Shown here piece by piece: positions 18,299 to 28,394 of a stretch of 31,970 bases of DNA; position 1 is the stretch's first letter, and the number at the start of each line of letters is the position of its first letter. The stretch covers positions 1 to 31,970 of the forward strand of contig JAYVSA010000429.1 in assembly GCA_043775765.1 (NCBI GenBank), in the 5' to 3' direction. This DNA comes from Breznakibacter sp. (GTDB taxonomy: Bacteria; Bacteroidota; Bacteroidia; Bacteroidales; Marinilabiliaceae). The notes beneath the pieces were generated by a model. The model did not search any database. It was not told the origin of the DNA and saw only the letters and a program-made list of their open reading frames with translations. The translations under genes were made by a program, and so were the position numbers.

Positions 18299-19744
18299 TT
18301 AACCAACACTTCCCTCTAAACTAATTTGCAAAAGCTTTGATGCCTCAACAGCAAACTCCATAGGAAGCTGATTTATAACATCTTTGACGTATCCATTTAC
18401 AATTAAGCCCACAGCATCTTCGGTTGAAATACCGCGCTGATTGCAATAGAAAATTTGGTCTTCACCAATTTTTGAGGTGGTAGCTTCATGCTCAACCACA
18501 GCAGAATTGTTGTTGACTTCTAAATACGGAAATGTGTGTGCACCACATTTTTCACCAAGCAACAAAGAATCGCATTGTGAGAAATTACGAGCATTATCGG
18601 CCTTTTTTGATACACGCACTAAACCGCGATAGCTATTTTGACTAAATCCGGCAGAGATACCTTTTGAAACAATTAAACTGCGAGTATTTTTTCCAAGATG
18701 AATCATTTTTGTTCCCGTATCGGCTTGCTGATGATTGTTTGTAACAGCCACCGAGTAGAACTCTCCCACTGAATGATCACCCATCAGAATACAGCTTGGA
18801 TATTTCCAAGTAATGGCAGAACCTGTTTCAACTTGTGTCCACGAAATTTTTGAATAATCGCCTTTACAAATTCCTCGTTTAGTAACGAAGTTATAGATTC
18901 CTCCTTTACCATTTTTGTCGCCAGGATACCAATTTTGTACCGTTGAATATTTAACTTCAGCTCTGTCATGGGTAACAATCTCAACCACAGCGGCGTGCAA
19001 TTGATTCTCATCACGCATTGGAGCCGTACAGCCTTCGAGGTAACTCACATAACTGTCGTCATCGGCAATAATAAGAGTCCGTTCAAATTGGCCCGTATTT
19101 TTGGCATTAATTCTAAAATAGGTCGATAACTCCATAGGGCACCGAACGCCTTTAGGAATGTAGACAAACGAACCATCGGAGAAAACAGCAGCATTGAGTG
19201 CCGCAAAGTAGTTGTCTTGATAAGGCACCACGCTGCCTAGATATTTTTTAATTAGATCAGGATATTCATGAACCGCCTCACTAAAGGATGAAAAAATGAT
19301 TCCCTTTTCAGCCAAGGTCTCTTTAAACGTTGTTTTTACAGAAACGCTGTCTATTACCGCATCAACAGCAACACCTGAGAGTATTTTTTGCTCGTCGAGA
19401 GGAATTCCCAATTTGTCGAACGTTGCTCTTAATTCCGGATCAACATCATCCATACTATCGAGTTCAATTTTGCCTTTAGGAGCGGCGTAGAAGATAATTT
19501 CTTGATAGTTAATTTCTGGAATTCGGAGTTGTGCCCAATCGGGCTTTGACATTGTAAGCCAATGATTGTAGGCTTTAAGGCGATATTCGAGCATAAAGGC
19601 AGGCTCGTTTTTCTTAGATGAGATTAAGCGCACAACGTCTTCACTAAGCCCCTTTGGAATAGACTCCGTTTCAATATCGGATGTGAAACCATATTTGTAG
19701 TCACTTCCCGTTACCTCATCTATTATATTTTTCTCTTCAGACAT
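18299..19744 (-). CDS. sufB: Fe-S cluster assembly scaffold SufB
   Basis: [57 protein letters not shown] and [10 protein letters not shown]. Confidence 0.96.
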   Translation of the reverse strand: MSEEKNIIDEVTGSDYKYGFTSDIETESIPKGLSEDVVRLISSKKNEPAFMLEYRLKAYNHWLTMSKPDWAQLRIPEINYQEIIFYAAPKGKIELDSMDDVDPELRATFDKLGIPLDEQKILSGVAVDAVIDSVSVKTTFKETLAEKGIIFSSFSEAVHEYPDLIKKYLGSVVPYQDNYFAALNAAVFSDGSFVYIPKGVRCPMELSTYFRINAKNTGQFERTLIIADDDSYVSYLEGCTAPMRDENQLHAAVVEIVTHDRAEVKYSTVQNWYPGDKNGKGGIYNFVTKRGICKGDYSKISWTQVETGSAITWKYPSCILMGDHSVGEFYSVAVTNNHQQADTGTKMIHLGKNTRSLIVSKGISAGFSQNSYRGLVRVSKKADNARNFSQCDSLLLGEKCGAHTFPYLEVNNNSAVVEHEATTSKIGEDQIFYCNQRGISTEDAVGLIVNGYVKDVINQLPMEFAVEASKLLQISLEGSVG

Positions 19745-19830
19745 ATATATACTCTTAATTATCTACACTTTCGTAAACAAGAACAAGATTATTCGCTTTA
19801 AGTTCAACCAATTTTAACCAAGCAAGGCTA

Positions 19831-19888
19831 TTTTATCGATAAAAACCTCGAGCATATTTCTTGAGTGCAATTTAAAATGATTTTAAAT
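19831..19888. promoter_or_regulatory. Two perfect palindromes upstream of sufB (candidate operators)
   Basis: TTTTATCGATAAAA (19831-19844, 14 bp) and ATTTAAAAT-G-ATTTTAAAT (19870-19888, 9-1-9). Confidence 0.4.
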
Positions 19889-19929
19889 AAGATAAAAGCA
19901 TATTCATTATATTTAACAATATTTATAAT

Positions 19930-19969
19930 AAAAAAAAAAGCTACTCCCCAAAAATGAAGAGTAGCTTTT
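19930..19969 (-). terminator. Intrinsic terminator downstream of gcvH
   Basis: AAAAGCTACTC-N12-GAGTAGCTTTT inverted repeat. The A10 run at 19930-19939 becomes the U-tract on the minus strand. Confidence 0.85.
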
Positions 19970-19988
19970 AAATTATGTGGTGTTATTT

Positions 19989-20366
19989 CTAGTGAACTAG
20001 CTCTTTATATTGATCTGCTGTAAGAAGTGTATCAAGTTCCGAAAGATTTGAAACTTCAACTTTAACCATCCAGCCTTGATTATAAGGATCTTTATTCACT
20101 AATTCTGGTTTATTTAACAAAATAGGGTTTACTTCAATAATTTTACCCGTAACTGGCATATACAAATCTGAAACCGTTTTTACAGCTTCTATGGTTCCAA
20201 AAACAGACTCTTTTTCAAGTGTTTCACCTTCAGTTTCAATCTCCACAAACACAATATCGCCAAGTTCGCCTTGAGCAAAATCGGTAATTCCAACAGTTGC
20301 AACAGTACCATTAACAATAATCCACTCGTGATCTTTAGTGTACTTTAAATTTGCAGGTATATTCAT
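19989..20366 (-). CDS. gcvH: Glycine cleavage system protein H
   Basis: [34 protein letters not shown] (lipoyl Lys) and NKDPYNQGW. Confidence 0.95.
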   Translation of the reverse strand: MNIPANLKYTKDHEWIIVNGTVATVGITDFAQGELGDIVFVEIETEGETLEKESVFGTIEAVKTVSDLYMPVTGKIIEVNPILLNKPELVNKDPYNQGWMVKVEVSNLSELDTLLTADQYKELVH

Positions 20367-20395
20367 CTCTATTTATATTTTAGTAAAACACAGCG

Positions 20396-20403
20396 CAAAA
20401 ATA
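20396..20403 (-). promoter_or_regulatory. Candidate -7 promoter box for gcvH
   Basis: TATTTTTG(C) on the minus strand, 29 nt upstream of the ATG. Confidence 0.4.
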
Positions 20404-20455
20404 CAAAAAATAGCAGAATTAACTAAAGATGATTGAATAAAAAATAGTGATTGAA

Positions 20456-23400
20456 TTATTGTGCCAATGACATTCGGAAACTCAATCCAAAATTATAATC
20501 CACCGTTGGATAAGAGAGCGAGATATAAGGCGTATTCATGTTGCGTTTATAGTAGAGCTGTAAATTGTATCGACTGTTTAAGGCATAGTCGGCCGTTATG
20601 GTTAATGCCGTTATACGCGTACCAGATGTTAACTGATTAACCTGTTCTTCAATTTTACGAATTACAGAGATATTATCACGAATTGAGAAATCGGCTCGTA
20701 GGTTTATGTCGTTGGTGGTTTTAGCATTATTTAAAATTAGCCCCAATTTATCGAACCTATATCCTAAGCCAAAAATCATCTCTTCATTATAATTTTCGAT
20801 GAGTTGATTGTTTGACATACTTAAATTCAACATTCTACCTTTCTTAAACTCGGCTCGGGTTGTAAGATTATTTACCCAAGTTATGTTTACAAGAATCAAC
20901 GGACTAAACTGTTCATTAATAAGAACAGTACCAATTTGGTTTTGAGCAATGAAGTTTCCAGCATTATCTTTTGGAACACTATCAACCAACAAATTGGTTG
21001 AGTAAGCTCCCACACTGTAAGTACAGCGGTAGGCGTGTGAAATATCGACATTTTTAGCAAATTGACTTACCCATTTGATGCGCCCAATTCCATCGTATGA
21101 GATGCGCCAGTTTGGCATTATTTTGGACAATGCAGGCATTGCATCCAAAAAGATATTACCCGTTGAAGTTCCAGAATAGGCCGAAAGGAAAGCTGGTATC
21201 AATACATCTTGTGAAAGTGCACCATAACCACTGGCATAACCCGCGGAATCAGTACCTATGGATTTGCTATTTTGGGCACCCAGTCTGGCGGAAATAGCTT
21301 TTCTATTACTCAAAAAGGTATCATACGCATCAGAGTGCATATCTCCAGACGTATCGAGCTTTTTAAAAGTACTAATGGCTATAAAAGACATTGAATAGCT
21401 GCCACTTTCAGTGGTATTATGTGGAGTTTTATATTGAGCAAAATCCTTATTGGGAGAATAATATTCACTCATGTTATATGTGGTGCGTTGATCTGCAATC
21501 AATTCTATTTTAAATCCTCTAAATGGCTCAAAATTTCCCTTTATGGAGATGTCTCTCGTATTAACCATTTTATAGGGACTATTAAATTTATTGTACTGAG
21601 TCATCCAGCCTTTATCGATAGAATGCTGAGCAAAATCTGTGTTTTGAGCACCCATCAAGAACGGTAATCCTGGAGAGTTGCCACTCATTCCAAAAACGCC
21701 ACTTCCGTTGGTAAAACCTGGGAGAATGGTTCCATTGCTCTCGGAGTAACTTACCGAAACATTCTTAATACTTGTAAGTAAAAGTGCAGAAACATCTCCA
21801 AGAACAGTTAAAGGCGTATCACTTTCCTTTACGGTACCAGTGACTAAAACACGAGCACCGTCGGCATCAGCGTCGGGAGTAAACTCAACTTTGGTAGGCG
21901 AAACAACCGTTGTTGTACCATTTATAGGTCTTCCGCTCTTGTCGAATGCCTTTACGGAAACTTCCACCGTCTTTAACTTGTGGTTAATTACAACAGGTTT
22001 AGATTTAACAAAAGTAAGCCCATTATCGGTGAAACGAACGCTTCCAGTTTGTTGATCTGGAGCCTTAGGAGCAGGGTCAAAATCATATTTCTTCCAGATA
22101 CCCTTTAAATAGTTGCTCTTATTGTAGAGTGACGAAAATGTTAGTTGACCAGTACCTTGAATGGTGTTAGAGTTCCGAATGGTATTACCCATCTTAATGG
22201 TCGTATCGCGTGATATTGGTGCAAGCATCCAATTATACATGCCACCATATCGTAAACTAGCACTTGTCCAATCTAAATATGGTAACTTATTGATAGGAAG
22301 GGTATAATTGAAATTAAAATTGTGTTGATAGGATGTTGTACGCCCGCCTTTTCTAAAGTTTCGACCTACCTCGGCTCCCCAATCACCATAAGTTGAATCA
22401 TTGCTATTAACTCTTCCTGTAGGTTCATCAATTCGCGCATTGCTAATGGAGCGGAAATCGAATTTAAGATTTTTGGTAATGGCATACTTAAGATCGAAGA
22501 ATTTATTCCAATAGAAATCCTTTTTATATGTAGGATCAATTCGTTGATCGGGATCACCTAAATTACGGAGTTGTTCCTCACGATAATTTCGCGTTACTTC
22601 ATGTGAATATGAGATCTGGTTTGGATAAGGATAGATATTAAAATCCTTAATAAGTCGGAACGCCGGATTATTTAACGAAGCAACTGAACTAAACGGTTCA
22701 TAAGCTTTAGGGCGAGTAGTATAGTTATAGCCTAAAACACCTCTATAGTTTTTATCTATGGATGAAGTAGTGGTGAAATTATGTTTAGAAGTTTCATTAT
22801 AAGAATAGGTTGCAGAAACATTGGAAATGTCATAAACTTTAACCTTGTCTGATTTGGGTTGAAGTTTAACATTGGTGAAATTAATACTTTTCCTTGTAGT
22901 TACATCTTGTGAGATACCTTTAATTGAATCCCTCTCGGCATTGGTATTAACGCTACTGAGGGCTGTCGACATAGTGATATCTGGATCTAATGGATAGTAT
23001 TTTGGTGTTGCTACAGCTTGTGAATTACTACCATAAAAAGGGATAGACATGCGTGAATTTGGACCAAGGAATTTTCCAAGTTCTAAATTCGATGCTACAT
23101 CATACTGATAAAAATCCTGCTGACTTCTCTCGCTCACGCTTTTTTCAATGCTACCAAAACCTATTGAACTCGTCGCGCCAGCCAGTGTAACGGAGCCAAA
23201 GTCGGAGAGTTTAATGTTTACACGAGCATTAGAAGCCCATCCTCCCTGTTCATCATAGTCGCTCAAACGCAACTCATTCATCCAAATTTCGGCCGAACGC
23301 GGTGACACAAGATTATCCGTATTTTTCCGAGTTCTAACACCAATCATTATGCTCCTAACATTGGAGATATTGGGGCTACCAACAATAATGATATTATTTT

Positions 23401-26400
23401 GAGGAAAGTCAGGGTCGGGCTGACTATAAAGTTTATTATCCGAGTTATTGGCCGAGTTATAGTTATTTCTCGAGAGCTTTATCTTTTCGAGGTTTTCAAG
23501 TTTAATATTCATTTCGTTTGAGGCAGGCCAAACCTGATCGGCACCATTTTGCCCCCATTGAGTTACTTTCAATGGCACTTCATATTCATAATAGTTATTG
23601 GTAAAATCTGAACCAATGCGAATAAATGCCATTAACTCTTCATCTTTCAGAGTAGCCTGCTCTAGGGCTTCCGCATGCACAAACATTTTAAGGTATTTGT
23701 ATTGACGGATATCCATGTTAAGTGTTTTGTAAGCACCGCGTGCATCTCCAGCACCCAAATCCTTTACGCGCATTACCAAAGACTGCTCATTAAGTTGACG
23801 ATTTTGTGGGTTCGATGGATCTTGAACTCGGGTAACACCTGGAGGAAGTACATAGTTTATAGGCGTGCGATCATTGTCTGCTTCAATATTTACGGCTGAA
23901 ATATCAAATGCTGTAGTTGTGCTCGAAGGAGCATTTAGACGCATTAAGTCATCGGTATATCTACGCCAATCACTTCGAACTAAATCTAACGATGCGAAAC
24001 GAAGTATTGTAGTATCGGTACAACCCTTAAGAAACATACGCATGAAACGCACCGAGCGTAAATCTTTCATATTATTGATTGATTCACGATTAGCCGAATT
24101 AACGGGAATACGAAAGTGATACCACGTGGCCGTGCTCATTTTACCATTTGGCTGCTTAATGTTATTGTTGTTGATAGAGTTGACGATGTTGTTTTTACCA
24201 ACGACAAAATCAGCATCATCTAAGCTGATTGCATATTGAAAATAGCTTTCGGTCTCGCTCAGTGTATTATCCTTATTAATATCTTCTTGGTCGGGGAATC
24301 CGGTAGATGATTCTGTTGCATTTGTTGACTCCTTAGAGTTCCCTTCTTGATTGTTGTAAAATTTGTATCGATCGGTAATTGATTTTTTTTGTTGGTCATA
24401 ATCCGATCCTTTGAAATAGTGAAAATCATCGGATGATGGATCGACCTCCATTTTTGCTTTAACAGCGGCAGGTAAATTGGATAAAAATTTAGAAAAATTT
24501 ACATTCTCATTTGTTGAGGAGAGACCATCGAGTCCAACATCTTGTTGGGCACGTGCGCCCGAACTTTGAGTAAAGGCATTTACAACACTTTGAGTATTAG
24601 ACACAACCCCCCAAACAGTTGTATCAACATTTGGAATTACGCCTGGCACAGGTAGCCCTTGCTCAAAAGACTTTCGTCCATCTCTTAAAACATCTTCAGA
24701 GATACTACCAAGATTGATGTATAACTTACCTCCCTTAGATGGTGCTTTATTGAATCGGGGATCCATCATCCAAAAATCAATATATTCAATATTTGCCGCT
24801 TCAAAATCATTCGTTTCTATCGGACGAACAATACCTCCCCATCGTGTCTCAGGATTCGATAATTCGCCAGTAGCATCGATATTCGTATCGTCGTAATTAT
24901 ATTGTCCACGCTCTTTTGGATAATAGGCTAGGTTTAGAACAGCTATATTATTAGGTTGCCCGTAAGCCGTTTGTCTTTCTGGAAATATCTCACTAATCTG
25001 TACCTGACGAACTCTATCGTCGCTAATATCGTCACTTGAGATATTGCCTGGGCGAAGAGACGTATAAAAAAGTGGGTCTATAACATACCACGATAGTCGA
25101 GCTCTATTTTTACCATAATTGAGATCGTCTATTAAATTGCCTTCTGGAAACAACGTACTTTGCCCTTGCGGCGTAGAAGCAAGCGACCAAGAAGTCCAGC
25201 TTCTAAGGTCAATAGAGGTAGCTGTACCTTCAAAATCATCGATATAAGATTGACCTGTTTTTCCAACGGCCGAGTTATGTCCTGGAATGAGTTGTGCTAT
25301 TTCACCATCGATAGAAATGGATGAAACCTCCTTTAAATTCCACCAAGGTGCTTTGTTTAAAAAATTGGTTAATGCAGGACTTTCAGAAATATAGGATCCG
25401 TTCAAGCCCCAAATGGTATTTGAAATAGGTTCATCGCCAATAGAAACCTTGGTTGTCATTGGTTTTTCATTCAGATGCATAACCGTAGCGCCAATATTCA
25501 ATTTTGGGTTGAACTTATAATCTAAGTGCACGCCCATCATTGTTTTGGTTTGCATATTGAAAAGCGCTCGGCTCTCTAACGAAACCTGAATAGGGGTGCC
25601 CGATTCGAGCAAGCCTTTATTTATTATTTTAACTCTACCAAGCGTATAATCGACCGTATAATCGACATTCTCCACCAATCGAATTCCACCAGCCGATACT
25701 GTAACACCGCCTTGTGGAATATCCATCGCATTGAGCGAAATATCAGAACCTTGAGTTGACTTATATTTACCTTTGAGTCGGAACTTATTCTTACTAGCAT
25801 TCTGACCCGCATTAGTTATTGTACTATCATATAATTCTTGATAAACGAATTTTTTTGCAATTGCGGGGTCGTTAATTTGCTTTGCAAGGTTTGATCCAAA
25901 TGGTTCCAGCGATGGGAAAATAACTCTACCATTGGAAGGATAAATGGTGAAGCCTTCTATGAAATCGAAAACACCATCGCCTTGTTCATCTGGTTCGTTC
26001 TGTTGGTTGAGGTTGTCTAAACCCATTAATTTCAAGAGCCTTTTGCGTTTAACATCGGCATTACCTTCTGGAAAATAGTTGATATTTCCACCCGTTGAAT
26101 CGCTCAGTAAAGCAACGTCGAACTTAAAATCATCTTTATTGACTTGAAAAGCACCTAAAGAATAGATGTTTTTCATCATTAAATTCCATGTTGTTTTATA
26201 TTCGGGGGATAGATTGGTACCTTTTAACAATTTAAGATAAAGCGCATTAGGAGCCTCTATTCCCGAGTTACTTAAATCCCCAACCGTATAGGTACTACCT
26301 CCCATCGTGTAAACATACGCAACGGCAAGCACTTCATCGTTGTTAAGAGCTGAATTGAGCGAAATAAAACCCAGGGTAGGATTAAAAGTAAACTCTGTTG

Positions 26401-27769
26401 GAGCAAGCTTTCGAGCACTCTCTATTTTCTCGTAATCTTTGGTCTGTCTGAAGTCTCCTGGGGTAAAAAACGAACCAGAGAACACCTTAGAAACTTTATT
26501 AATGTCGCGAGCTTCTTTATGAGTTGAACTCATTTGCTCATACAAATCATTCGTATTATTTGATGGCTCAGGCTTTTTCGCGCTCCAAATAGTTGATAGA
26601 AACTGAGTTTCTCCAAGATCTTTGAAAGCAACAATGTTTCGTGCAGCATCGTGGTTACCGCTTTTATTCGTAACCCAAACCTCAACTTTTTGAATAACAA
26701 AAGGCGAGGAGATAATTGGTAAATTCTTCATATTCGCTTCAAACGAATCACGAAAAGCAAGCGAGAGAAAGAAGTGTCGGTTTTTGTCGTATTCTGAAGC
26801 AGAAATTTCAAACTCTTGTTGCTGGGCACCCCCCTGAACATTTAAAACCTGTGTTTGACCTTTTTGCTGAGAAAATAGTGCAACCACATTGAGCTTTCCG
26901 AACTGTAATTCTGTTTTAACACCAAAAAGACTCTGACTTCCCGTGATTAAAGTTCCAGGAAGTGGCATTGTAACGTTACCAAACTCTATCTTCTTAATAA
27001 TGTCATCTTCCTTACCACTGTACTCAATTTTTGTTTGGTTCTCAAATTCAAAACTGGCTTCGGTATTATAATTAAGCCCCATTTTGAGTTTATCGCCAAT
27101 GGCAGCTTGCACGTTTACCTGTATTTTTTGGTTGAAGTCAAATGTAGTGGTGCTTCTAAGCGCCTCTTGTAAAGTGGGGTTATCTATTTTTGTATTTTTA
27201 ACACCCATGGTTATTTCGGCGGTACCCTGCGACTTAATGGAAACACTGTTAGAGCCAAATACCGATTCAAAACCCTCTCCACCGATTTTCCACGCTGTAC
27301 CAAGCCAATTTTTTCCAGAAGATGGAGTACCATTACCTGCATCACTTTGGATTTTGTCGCGGTAATATTTGCCCATCGATTTACGCATGTCGTTATTCAT
27401 GTAATCTTGAAGCGACATGGTGTAAGGCAGACGAACATCCATTCCACCAACTTTTCGGTAAATAGTAACCTGATTTGTTTTAGGGTCATACTCCGAACGA
27501 TAAGAGGCGTTGTCTGGATCTTCAAGATCCAAATCGCTTTGTTCAAACTTATCTAAATTGGGGTTGTTGCCTTTCTCTTTAATTGGATATTTTAGTGTGC
27601 CATCGTCGACATCCTTTACTTGAGTGGCTGAATCGGGTTCTTGAGAAAGAAAAAAATCAGACAAATCTAAGCGATTTTCATTGGCCTTAGTGTGCAACGA
27701 AGTAGCCCCAATAGAAACAAGTCCTATGAGCAACATAAACGTAATTACTATTTTCCAAAACTTAGTCAA
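20456..27769 (-). CDS. sprA: Type IX secretion system outer-membrane translocon SprA (Sov)
   Basis: 2437 aa. Signal-peptide-like N-terminus from a TTG start (K-rich n-region, then a hydrophobic stretch). Motifs KIEFGNVTMPL, LFGVKTELQFG, NLMMKNIY, YIDDFEG, YIDFWMMDP, LGSISEDVLRDGRKSFEQG, IWMNELRL and a C-terminal beta-strand. Flanked by ruvA and gcvH as in other Bacteroidota. Confidence 0.95.
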   Translation of the reverse strand: MTKFWKIVITFMLLIGLVSIGATSLHTKANENRLDLSDFFLSQEPDSATQVKDVDDGTLKYPIKEKGNNPNLDKFEQSDLDLEDPDNASYRSEYDPKTNQVTIYRKVGGMDVRLPYTMSLQDYMNNDMRKSMGKYYRDKIQSDAGNGTPSSGKNWLGTAWKIGGEGFESVFGSNSVSIKSQGTAEITMGVKNTKIDNPTLQEALRSTTTFDFNQKIQVNVQAAIGDKLKMGLNYNTEASFEFENQTKIEYSGKEDDIIKKIEFGNVTMPLPGTLITGSQSLFGVKTELQFGKLNVVALFSQQKGQTQVLNVQGGAQQQEFEISASEYDKNRHFFLSLAFRDSFEANMKNLPIISSPFVIQKVEVWVTNKSGNHDAARNIVAFKDLGETQFLSTIWSAKKPEPSNNTNDLYEQMSSTHKEARDINKVSKVFSGSFFTPGDFRQTKDYEKIESARKLAPTEFTFNPTLGFISLNSALNNDEVLAVAYVYTMGGSTYTVGDLSNSGIEAPNALYLKLLKGTNLSPEYKTTWNLMMKNIYSLGAFQVNKDDFKFDVALLSDSTGGNINYFPEGNADVKRKRLLKLMGLDNLNQQNEPDEQGDGVFDFIEGFTIYPSNGRVIFPSLEPFGSNLAKQINDPAIAKKFVYQELYDSTITNAGQNASKNKFRLKGKYKSTQGSDISLNAMDIPQGGVTVSAGGIRLVENVDYTVDYTLGRVKIINKGLLESGTPIQVSLESRALFNMQTKTMMGVHLDYKFNPKLNIGATVMHLNEKPMTTKVSIGDEPISNTIWGLNGSYISESPALTNFLNKAPWWNLKEVSSISIDGEIAQLIPGHNSAVGKTGQSYIDDFEGTATSIDLRSWTSWSLASTPQGQSTLFPEGNLIDDLNYGKNRARLSWYVIDPLFYTSLRPGNISSDDISDDRVRQVQISEIFPERQTAYGQPNNIAVLNLAYYPKERGQYNYDDTNIDATGELSNPETRWGGIVRPIETNDFEAANIEYIDFWMMDPRFNKAPSKGGKLYINLGSISEDVLRDGRKSFEQGLPVPGVIPNVDTTVWGVVSNTQSVVNAFTQSSGARAQQDVGLDGLSSTNENVNFSKFLSNLPAAVKAKMEVDPSSDDFHYFKGSDYDQQKKSITDRYKFYNNQEGNSKESTNATESSTGFPDQEDINKDNTLSETESYFQYAISLDDADFVVGKNNIVNSINNNNIKQPNGKMSTATWYHFRIPVNSANRESINNMKDLRSVRFMRMFLKGCTDTTILRFASLDLVRSDWRRYTDDLMRLNAPSSTTTAFDISAVNIEADNDRTPINYVLPPGVTRVQDPSNPQNRQLNEQSLVMRVKDLGAGDARGAYKTLNMDIRQYKYLKMFVHAEALEQATLKDEELMAFIRIGSDFTNNYYEYEVPLKVTQWGQNGADQVWPASNEMNIKLENLEKIKLSRNNYNSANNSDNKLYSQPDPDFPQNNIIIVGSPNISNVRSIMIGVRTRKNTDNLVSPRSAEIWMNELRLSDYDEQGGWASNARVNIKLSDFGSVTLAGATSSIGFGSIEKSVSERSQQDFYQYDVASNLELGKFLGPNSRMSIPFYGSNSQAVATPKYYPLDPDITMSTALSSVNTNAERDSIKGISQDVTTRKSINFTNVKLQPKSDKVKVYDISNVSATYSYNETSKHNFTTTSSIDKNYRGVLGYNYTTRPKAYEPFSSVASLNNPAFRLIKDFNIYPYPNQISYSHEVTRNYREEQLRNLGDPDQRIDPTYKKDFYWNKFFDLKYAITKNLKFDFRSISNARIDEPTGRVNSNDSTYGDWGAEVGRNFRKGGRTTSYQHNFNFNYTLPINKLPYLDWTSASLRYGGMYNWMLAPISRDTTIKMGNTIRNSNTIQGTGQLTFSSLYNKSNYLKGIWKKYDFDPAPKAPDQQTGSVRFTDNGLTFVKSKPVVINHKLKTVEVSVKAFDKSGRPINGTTTVVSPTKVEFTPDADADGARVLVTGTVKESDTPLTVLGDVSALLLTSIKNVSVSYSESNGTILPGFTNGSGVFGMSGNSPGLPFLMGAQNTDFAQHSIDKGWMTQYNKFNSPYKMVNTRDISIKGNFEPFRGFKIELIADQRTTYNMSEYYSPNKDFAQYKTPHNTTESGSYSMSFIAISTFKKLDTSGDMHSDAYDTFLSNRKAISARLGAQNSKSIGTDSAGYASGYGALSQDVLIPAFLSAYSGTSTGNIFLDAMPALSKIMPNWRISYDGIGRIKWVSQFAKNVDISHAYRCTYSVGAYSTNLLVDSVPKDNAGNFIAQNQIGTVLINEQFSPLILVNITWVNNLTTRAEFKKGRMLNLSMSNNQLIENYNEEMIFGLGYRFDKLGLILNNAKTTNDINLRADFSIRDNISVIRKIEEQVNQLTSGTRITALTITADYALNSRYNLQLYYKRNMNTPYISLSYPTVDYNFGLSFRMSLAQ

Positions 27770-27797
27770 TACAATAAAACAGTTAATTTATTAATTA

Positions 27798-28379
27798 CTA
27801 AAGCATTGCAAGTGCCTTTTTGATTATAATTTGAACTTTAGCATCTGGGTTTTCAACAATTAATTTTTCAACCACTTTTAAAGATGTTGCTTTCACAAAA
27901 CCAAGCATCACCAAAGCAGATAACGCTTCATCTCGAATTGTATTGTTTATTGAGGTAAGAATTTTTGAATCGAAGCCTCTTTTATCAATTTTATCTTTAA
28001 GTTCAACAATGATTCGCTGAGCTGTTTTTAGTCCAATTCCTTTTATTCCTTTCAAAACATTCACGTTCTCATTTCCTATTGCAGCCGATATTTCATCAAC
28101 ACTGAGTGATGAAAGCATCATACGTGCGGTGTTGGCTCCAACGCCAGAAACGGAGATGAGTAGTTTGAATATTTCTCTCTCGAGCGGATCAAAAAAACCA
28201 TATAAAATGAATGCATCTTCCCTAATATTCTCATAAACGTAGAGTTGCGCCTCCGATAACGTTTCAATTTTTGAGTAGGTACCAAGAGAGATGTTGAGAA
28301 AATAGCCAATACCGTTGCAGTCGAGCACAACATGAGCAGGGCTAACCTCGGCAATTTTACCTTTTATAAATTCGTACAT
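27798..28379 (-). CDS. ruvA: Holliday junction branch migration protein RuvA
   Basis: GIGY, REDAFILYGF, LISVSGVGANTA, IKGIGLKTAQRIIVELKDK and ALSALVMLGF. Confidence 0.96.
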   Translation of the reverse strand: MYEFIKGKIAEVSPAHVVLDCNGIGYFLNISLGTYSKIETLSEAQLYVYENIREDAFILYGFFDPLEREIFKLLISVSGVGANTARMMLSSLSVDEISAAIGNENVNVLKGIKGIGLKTAQRIIVELKDKIDKRGFDSKILTSINNTIRDEALSALVMLGFVKATSLKVVEKLIVENPDAKVQIIIKKALAML

Positions 28380-28394
28380 CTGAATTAGTTTTTG

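Noticed and set aside
24383-24390. T8 homopolymer in sprA as a phase-variation tract
   Set aside because: The frame is intact (QQKK), and such runs are expected in an AT-rich 7.3-kb gene.
217-27556. Remaining short ORFs (60-93 aa) nested in glgB, the glycogen genes, the suf genes and sprA
   Set aside because: All overlap well-supported genes and show no family motifs.
20456-28379. ruvA-sprA-gcvH adjacency as a novel association
   Set aside because: This is a known conserved arrangement in Bacteroidota.
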